Shown: piece by piece, positions 1-7,552 of the stretch | How the letters are laid out: each line of letters starts with the position of its first letter | How positions within the stretch are numbered: the stretch's first letter is position 1 | Translations under genes and position numbers: made by a program | Assembly: GCA_008632985.1 (NCBI GenBank) | Contig: QPGO01000280.1 | Location: 55,029-75,028 of the forward strand | Length of the DNA stretch: 20,000 nt | Source: Psammoneis japonica | Lineage: Eukaryota | Reading direction: 5' to 3' | The notes under the pieces: generated by a model | What the model saw: the letters and a program-made list of their open reading frames with translations, nothing else | Database searches by the model: none | Told to the model about the DNA's origin: nothing

Positions 1-1830
1 GCAGCTTCATTGAGCGCAGACGTGTCATGCTCTCTGTCCAGAATAAGATCCGCCACAATTGTGTCCCCTGATCAACCTGAGTCCACAGACAGAGGGGGAA
101 CAGTGGGAGGCGTCCCATCAGCTTGCCCAAAATGTTTCTGATTCCGTGTGCACAGTGCCGAAGCTGCTTCATCCAGAGCATCAACAGCAATCCAGTCCAT
201 GCATTCCTTTGGAGGGATCGCCGGATTCCGTGGAACTTGAACACTGTTGATCCCAGTGTCACGTTGAGCTCCGCACGACTTGATCTTCTGGAACAGCTTG
301 GTGGTCTCTGCTGCCTTGCGAAGGTTACGTAGAACAATCGCCTTTTTACGAGAAGCTGCAGCACTCTCCATTTCTAGCCAAGCAATCTTGTCGGCAATTT
401 CATTGTCTCGATGCTTGACGCTCTCAGCCGCGACCTGTCTACACTCATTCTGCGCTTGTCGTAAAGCTTGTTGACACTCTTCAAAGGCAGACGGGATCAT
501 GAATTTGCCACTCAGGCTGGTGCGGACATTTTGAATCTGAGCCGCATGATCAATGCGGGTCCGCATCATGGACAACACACGGGATAAGACACACACTCGA
601 CAACGTAAATCCGCCAACTGAGTCGACCACTCCGGTTCTCGGTGAAGGCGACACTTCTTTGCCACTGCTAAAGAAAACTGTGACAGATCCCCATCCAGCC
701 TTTCTGCCAATTCATGATCAGGAGTGATGGACTCCAAGAGTGAAGCAGACCTCTCCAAAACGTTCCGACTCTCTAGCATGGGATTGATGGTTTGTAGGCA
801 GGTGGCAACTTGAGGTTTCGAAGACGCTTGTAAGTCTCGAAAGGCTGTGCCTTCGGAAGATCAACAGTCGGGTTGCCAAAAAAAGCAATGGCATCAAAGT
901 CCACGAAGTTAGCGCGATGATCCGAAGCAATGCGGTGTCCAAATGCTTCACAGCCACCAAATCGTGCAGCGGCCAAAGCACCAGGGGCAGCTGAAACGAA
1001 ATCCAAGCGTTTTGACCCCCTTGTGCAAGTAGAAAATGCCGTGTTGCCTGTGAGAGAAAACATTGCATCGGAGAGATTGAACCATTGGGCCAAAGTGGAC
1101 AGAGAGTCGGTGTCAACAACGAAGTCCGTGTTAAAGTCCCCGAACAAAATAACCTCACGGTTGGAATCTGCAAGAAACTCTTGCAACAAACGAGACAGAT
1201 CAGTGCAAAATGCTTTGCGAGGGTCAAGGTGTTGGCGGCCTTGCTGACGCAAAAGATGAAGCTGCTGAGCGTGTGCTGTTGTTTTCCCAGGCCGTGTTTG
1301 ATTTTTGGCACAAACTCTGCAGCAGGAAATGAACATGACTTGTCTGCCATTTCTGCCATCAAATGTCTGGATAGACCAACGGCCTAACGGATCAGCCTCC
1401 TGAGAATGGCAGCGAGCAGACACCGCATTGCATGACAACAAAGCCGTGCCACCAGGTTTGTGTTGTGTAGAGAAAGGAGTTGAGCTGCAGGAAAAGGCAC
1501 CTCTGCCGTGATGGAGGGAGTTTGTCACTGCAGAACGGCAAACCGACAAAACCGAATGTTGAGCAGTGTCCAAACAAACTTCCGATGTGCCCACAATGTC
1601 AGCCTGCATCTCGTTTGTGATCTGACAGCACACAGCGAAGTCTCCTCCACGTTTGTCAAACTTGCTGCTGTTTGCATTGAAGGCGTGCAGTCTGGTGTGG
1701 TGTGAGAGCTTGGGCCCCACAGAGTCGCCAACGGAAACGTTTGTCTTCAGGCGGGAAAAATCGATGCATCATCTGGCAGAGGATTGAAACCGCCTGCCAT
1801 CCAAGAGAGTCTGCCATGTGGAAGAAGATG
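1..1830 (-). pseudogene. LINE ORF2 N-terminal part: apurinic-like endonuclease plus linker, disrupted
   Basis: ORF 773..1720 (APE motifs) joins ORF 72..779 through a frameshift at about 840-885 (the other frame reads RDLQASSKPQVATCLQTINPMLESRNV). There are in-frame TGA stops near 1770 and at 72-74, and the frame continues off the window. The true start is unresolved. Confidence 0.85.
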
Positions 1831-2089
1831 TGTCTGTTGAAACGGCACTGCTCATGGTTGGGCCACGCTCCTCCGAAGAGAAGACTGGGGCTCACAGCAC
1901 TGCCAGCAGGTTGAACCGAAGAATGAGGACACGGATGATTTGCAGATCTTGAAAGAAGGTTAAAGGTCCCATGACGGGAAGTCCGACGAAAAACATGAGA
2001 GAGAGCAGGCGGAGCAGATGCTCGGGAAAGGATGTCAGGAGGGCACCTTAATGTTTGAGGGGGTGGAGACGGCGAGATCCAACCCCTGG

Positions 2090-3899
2090 CTAAAAATCCT
2101 GCCCTTGGTCCGTTTGATCGTAGGAACATTCTGGAGTTTCCATGTGGTTGTGTTGTTTCTGAGCTGGAGGTGAAGCATGTTGAGATGTTTGGAGCATGGT
2201 GACCATCTGATTCATTTTGTCTTGCATGCTGGAAAACTGTTTGGTGTTGGCATCTTGCAACGCTGCCATGTCATTGGCATGCTGTTTTGAAAATGCACCG
2301 TGCAATGCGTCAATCTCCTTTGAGTGTTGAGCACAAAGTTCCACTGAGGCTTGATCAGTCTTGGCCTGCATTTGATTCAGCTGCTGTTGAACTTCAGCCA
2401 TCTGAGCAGACGTTAGAGACGAACTTGCAGATGACTGAGCAGCTTGAGCGCAAGAACAGGAAGGAGACTGCATGCCAGGATGTCCTTGCATCCCGCACGA
2501 ACACCCGAGAGGTTGTAAGGAGGATGGAGCGCACTCGTTCGACTGGGTAAAAACAGGTGGAGGAACGGCAGAACCTTGAGGAGTTCCGCAACCAGGCATG
2601 CCACCACGACCGGCCCCTCTGCCAGCAGACGGACGATTCAAGTGCGAAGGATCAGATTGGGGAGCTTGGGTGTCGGTTAACGGGGATGCATCCGAGAAAG
2701 TCAGTGATTCAAGGCTGCAAATGCTGGCTGACACAATGGACTTGCTGGCATCGGATTGCTCTTTGAACACTCCAGACACTTGGGGATGATCCGGAAAGGG
2801 AGGAGAAGTCCATGATTCTTCTGGAATGTTTGGAATTTCATCCACAACACATGTAGAGACAGTGGCATGGGCAGCTTTGAACTCGGCTCGTTTGACCAAA
2901 ATGTTGTAGCGTCCGGAGATGGTGTTTGTCGTGTGAATTGCCTTGACTCCTTTGATGGCTTTAATGTGATTTTCGAATTAAAACATCATGTCAGAATTCG
3001 TGTGCAGCAATGGAACCACACATGTGTCTTGATTGCGGTGGGCCTGAATTTTTGCAGCATTGTAAAAGGCAAGAGGAGACAAGCAACGAGTCTTGGCCAG
3101 GACAATGTGAGTCAGGAGCTTGTTGGAAGCACACAAAAGGGCTTTTCCTGCAGTGCGGTAATCGCCGAGCTGCACTTCAACAGCACAGGTCACTGCACGA
3201 ATCGGAGGAGCCAAATGGTCATTGTCCACATGAACAGCAGTCGGAATCAAAAAAAAAGAACTCGCCAAGATCCTTCGCAAACAATTTGGCAGCTTCTTCA
3301 ACAGGTGCATGCTTGGATGGAGTTGCAACACAGTGTGCCGGAGTGGCCGCATCAATGACAGATTCATTCCAACAGTGACGTTTCATGCCCACATTGTTCA
3401 AGTCAAGAACAGATTGAATGTGAGGGTGAGCACGAATTTCCTTAAGAGGCACCCCAGCCAGGATGCGATGACAAAGTCGATGAGTGACGGGACGTTTTTT
3501 GCCGCTACGAGTCGTTGAGACCACAAAGTGACGTTCATGCTGGAGGGAAGAAATCCACTCGGCCACGTTGACATTCGTAATTTGGTTGTTGTGGTTGTCA
3601 AAAATCCTTGCATCAGATTGGCATGTAAACAGAATCTGTTGTAGAGCTTGGAGGTGAGCCGCAGTGAGGGTCATGGGTTTGCACGACGCCTCCGGGCCAC
3701 GAATGTCAAAACGGAGAGTGATCTCCTTGAATTGTTGTTCTTTCGGCTTGGAAGAAACCTTGGTGGATGCATGATCAACGGTGACATCATCCGCCATGGT
3801 GTTGTCATTGTTCTTGGGAGGGGCATGGCTGCCGTCAGCAACGGAAGAAGACGCCATGGTGGGTCGGAAGTTCTGCGGAGAGCCTGGCATTGAAAACAT
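2090..3899 (-). pseudogene. LINE ORF1 (gag-like position), about 600 codons, with a Pro/Ser/Gly-rich segment and a C-terminal Gln-rich coiled coil; disrupted
   Basis: ORFs 3219..3899, 2978..3367 and 2090..2899 join through a probable frameshift at the A-run near 3250 and one in-frame stop at 2978-2980 (DMMF*FENHIKAIKGVKAIHTTNTISGRYNILVKRAEF). It lies directly upstream of the APE ORF on the same strand. Confidence 0.7.
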
Positions 3900-3931
3900 G
3901 CAGGTAAAATCAATGCTGACATTCGCAGAAT

Positions 3932-5602
3932 TGTGCGATCATGCAAGATGGAAAGCCAGCAGTGCATTGGTTGTGGAAGCTCAGTGCAGTGCAGCACAAT
4001 TGCTCAACCATTGAGAAGAAACTTCTCGTGGTGGCAATGTGTTTCAAAGAATTTCATTCCATGTTGCTTGGAGCGGATTGCACTGTTTTCACTGATCATA
4101 AAAATCTCACCTTTTGCACGCTCAACTCTCAACGAGTGCTCAGGTGGAGAGTCTTTTTGGAGGATTTTACCCCAACCTTTGAGCATGTTGATGGCAAGAA
4201 CAACCTGTCAGCAGATTGTTTTTTGTGATTGCCACGCATGGATCCACCAATGGAAGGGAAGTGTGCTCCAAACAAAGGCAAACTGACAGATTTCAAAGCA
4301 ATCGACACTGCCACGCTGCCTCATGAAGAGGAGCTCAACAACATGGATCGCGCATCTTGTTTTGCTTGCTGTCGGGAAGAGCCATCTCAGTTTCATTCCT
4401 CCTTTGTTGATGATCCGGAGCTGTGTGAATCATTCTTGAACTGCCCCTCACTTGATGAAATGCAAAACCCAACAACTGTGCAACAGATTCAGGAGCATCA
4501 ATTTGTTGATGTGGAGCTGAACAACATGAGACAACAATGCCCGGAACAATTCGTGATTGAACATGTGAACCAGCATCCTGTCATTTGCTGTTGTGCTCAT
4601 CCCAATGCTCTTGCAACAGAGTGGAAAATTTGTGTCCCCACTGTTTTGTTACCTGATGTGATCCACTGGCATCACAGGACATTGGGGCATGCAGGAATGC
4701 ACCGCATGCACTCAACTGTTGGCGCGCATTTTTGTCATCCTGTCCTTTGTTGGATTTGTGAGGAATTTCGTTGTGCTGAGTGTCAACACTTAGAAACTTT
4801 GGGTCCGGGACATGGAGAACTGCCTGAATGCAAAGCGTCCTTGCTGCCATGGAATGAAGTTGCAGTCGACCTCATTGGTCCCTGGAAGATTGACACTCAG
4901 GGCCAGGAGATTGAACTCAACACTTTGACTTGCATTGACGCTGTTTTGAATGTTGCTGAGCTTGTTTGCATCAACAACAAAACCTCCAAGCATGTTCCCC
5001 AGCAATTTGAAAATTGTTGGTTGTCTCATCATCCTCTTCCCAACCGTTGTGTTCATGACAATGGCGGAGAATTCATTGGAGAACACTTTCAACTGTTGTT
5101 GCAGCAGGCGGGAGTGGAGGATGTGCCCGCCACGTCCAGGAGCCCACAAGCCAATGCGGTGTGTGAACATGTGCATCAAACTGCTGGCAATGTCTTGCAT
5201 GCTTTGCCTCACCTTTGCCCTCCACAGAACATTGGGCAAGCCAACCAACTGGTGGATGATGCTTTGGCAATGACAATGCACGCAATGCGGTGTGCAGTGT
5301 CCCGAGCTCTCAAGGTCTCACCTGGTGCTGTGGTGCTTCATTGTGACATGACACAAGATCTGCCAGTGCTGGCAGATCTCGCCGCCATTCAAGAACATCG
5401 ACAAGCAATTGTTGGTGCAAATCTCCACAGAGCAAATGCCAAATGACGCTCCTGCGATTTTCAAGTTGGCAGCCAAGTGCTTGTCAAGACTGTTGGTCCC
5501 ACCAAGCTTGCACCTTGAGTGCATGGTCCTTGTCCCATTGTTCAATGGCTTCATGTGGTGGAGCAACTTGACGTTTGGCATGTCGCACCACATCGAGTTT
5601 GA
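3932..5602 (+). pseudogene. Ty3/Gypsy pol remnant: RNase H C-terminal part, integrase (zinc-binding region, DDE core, GPY/F region)
   Basis: RNase H motifs [40 protein letters not shown]. Integrase motifs HRTLGHAG, PWNEVAVDLIGPW, HDNGGEF, PQANAVCE, and GPCPIVQ (GPY/F). The order RH-INT is Gypsy-type. In-frame TGA stops at 4226, 5444 and about 5516 fall at expected Arg positions. Confidence 0.93.
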
Positions 5603-5711
5603 GGCCAAGGGTTTTTTCCCAACTCTTGGTCTTCCCTTGTTTCCTCTCATAAAATTTGAATTAGAATTTTAAAATTTTTGAGTCCCAAATGACTCTCATG
5701 ATTCGAGTCAT

Positions 5712-5723
5712 GGAAGGGAAGAG
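5712..5723 (+). other. Polypurine tract of the Gypsy element
   Basis: GGAAGGGAAGAG lies about 110 nt after the end of pol and is followed immediately by TG (tgcaatg), the canonical LTR start. Confidence 0.75.
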
Positions 5724-6072
5724 TGCAATGTCACGCACCCCATTTTTCTGATGTGTGGTGTCAATGATCCTGCCAGACACAAGAGGAGCCATTGTGATGG
5801 GCTTCGCTGAAAGCAACCTCATCACCTTGGTCTCTCTCTCACAACTTTGTTGTCACTCAAGTCTTTGTCTTGTTGGACCTTGCAGATCGAAGAGTGGAAA
5901 TGCATGTTTTTGAGAACGGCAATTTTGTTTGTGCAGTCATTTGGGGATCAAACCTCACCCAATCGGACACAATCGCCAATTCAAAAATTGAAACACCAAA
6001 GGTGGTGCTTGCTGAAATGGGCACATTGAAACACCATGTGTGGCGCTTGTTTCCGATTGGCGTTGAGCGAAG
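5724..6072 (+). repeat. Probable 3' LTR of the Gypsy element (right boundary not determined)
   Basis: Starts with TG directly after the PPT. There is no second LTR in the window to fix the end, so the end is placed at the MITE insertion. Confidence 0.45.
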
Positions 6073-6075
6073 TCA

Positions 6076-6921
6076 GGCTTGGTCTGCAGGTGAGCCGAGC
6101 TGGATCGGATCACTGGATCGACTCCTTCACAACCCAATGAAGTGTCAGTCCATCGAGTCAAAAAGTCGATCCGTGGCCTTCGTGGAACTGATCCGCCATC
6201 TCGGATCAGACGGTCTTCGAAGCAAAATGTTTTGCTCCGAAGACCGTCCGATCCGAAAATCCAGATTGGACGTCGGATCCAATTTGGAGGGTTCCATGCC
6301 ACCATCACGACAATGGCACAACATCACATGATTGTGACACAGAATGGCATGAGATTCAGCCATGAGGGCAAGGAACATTCTTGGCATTGTGGTCGAAGTC
6401 TTTCCATGCTCAAAATGAAGATGAGAAAGGTGGTGTGGCAACAGAGCAGCTTGTCAAACTGACAATGCGATGCAGATTTGTTGGAGAAACATTGAACAAG
6501 CAAAGTGACAAGCACCTGTCATGTGACTCGAAGTTTCAATGCGAAAACATTGCACTGGTTTCCCAGCTGCAAAAGTGACAGCTTTTTCTTCCTCAGCATT
6601 GCTGTGGACATTGAGTGACAACGATTCTCAATGATGCGGTCACATGTGCATGCAAAGCTGCGGCAACAGCATGGCTCTGTTGTCATGTCATTGCGTTGTG
6701 ACAAGATGTGAAGCATCATGGCCACACTTCTTGTTGTTCGCTGTTGTCAGTGCTTTGTCATTCTTGGGAGTTTGGAATCTTGAAACTTGTGTCGTTTTGC
6801 GACTCATCAAAATGTCAAATCCGATCCGCGATCCGATCCGGTTCCACCTGTCGACTAACGGAATTCTGACGCGATCCGATCCGTTGATCCGATCCGGCGC
6901 GGTTCACCTGCAGACCGAGCC
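6076..6921. mobile_element. Non-autonomous TIR DNA transposon (MITE), PIF/Harbinger-like, 846 bp
   Basis: 45-bp terminal inverted repeats at 6076-6120 (GGCTTGGTCTGCAGGTGAGCCGAGCTGGATCGGATCA...) and 6877-6921 match at 39/45. A 3-bp direct repeat TCA flanks both ends (6073-6075, 6922-6924). There are subterminal GATCC/GGATC repeats and no credible ORF. Confidence 0.82.
6201..6256. repeat. Near-perfect 56-bp palindrome inside the MITE
   Basis: Arms 6201-6227 and 6230-6256 match at 25/27 with a central TG. Confidence 0.9.
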
Positions 6922-7102
6922 TCATTCTTCTGAAGTTACCGTACTGAATGACGAAGAGGAAAGTCAACATTTTCCAAATAACAACAGTTTTATCCAAGAA
7001 ATGTGTGATTGAATATAAAATAATAATGAAATAAGAATAATACTTGAGTTGAATAGAGAAAATACAAGGACAAAAAATTTTGTCCTGCGGGTACAGAGAA
7101 AG

Positions 7103-7552
7103 TTAACAGTCCGGAAATGGACTCGAGTTTGGAGTAAATCTGGGAGCGTTAACACATGTGGCTGGGGTCGAAGATGGTCCGTAGCTTGCTGAACTACTGC
7201 AATCGAAGGTTCCACCTGTGGTAGTTGTGCAGCAAAGGGTGTTATCAGTGCCATTGCATCTGCCCACAGTACCATCAATGATGTCCTGACACACAGGGAG
7301 GTTTTCAATAACATTATCTGATATGACACAATATGTAGTGGGTGTGTCTGGGAGGGGACCATTGCCATCAGTGCCAAGGCATGAGTTGCCACAACTGGTG
7401 GAGCACGTTGTAGTGGAGACTGCTCCAAACTGATTCGAAACGCAATTGCTGCTAGCGGGGCAACATTTCGATTGCTGGCTCGAAGTGCCAGTGAGTGCCA
7501 AGTAGGCTAGATCGCAAAAATCATCTCTTGCACTTGTGCAGCCAGGATCAAC
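7103..7552 (-). other. Unique C-terminal cysteine-rich domain (about 150 aa, 16 Cys) of the giant protein
   Basis: Translation from [13 protein letters not shown] to PNSSPFPDC* has 16 Cys including two CC pairs and no hydrophobic TM or GPI tail. Confidence 0.85.

Larger units (their letters stand above)
1..3930 (-). mobile_element. Degenerate non-LTR retrotransposon (LINE, ORF1 + APE-type ORF2), 5' half; resembles diatom Ambal-like elements. The RT domain would lie beyond the left edge of the window
   Basis: Two successive disrupted minus-strand reading frames. ORF2 carries APE endonuclease motifs (ADIVGTSE, DPLGRWS, ILFGDFN, RGSKRLDFV, SDHRANFVDFD) and the downstream motif RNQKHFGQADGTP. 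Clade assignment is from recollection of motifs, not a search. Confidence 0.88.

Noticed and set aside
5689..5711. Short inverted repeat ATGACTC...GAGTCAT just before the PPT
   Set aside because: A 7-bp stem is too short to distinguish from chance without other copies.
1..6925. Classical fungal RIP, or an alternative genetic code, as the cause of the composition
   Set aside because: RIP raises TpA and lowers CpA, the opposite of what is seen. The depletion is frame-independent and covers non-coding DNA, while the adjacent gene uses Tyr codons and a TAA stop normally.
59..7012. Many overlapping 60-215 aa ORFs in alternative frames across the TE block
   Set aside because: They are a by-product of TA loss, which removes TAA and TAG stops in all frames, and they carry no recognisable motifs.
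1..7552. Diversity-generating retroelement (adenine-specific mutagenesis next to a surface protein)
   Set aside because: No template/variable repeat pair or DGR-type RT is visible. The adenine changes are spread over TEs on both strands and are not in the surface-protein gene.
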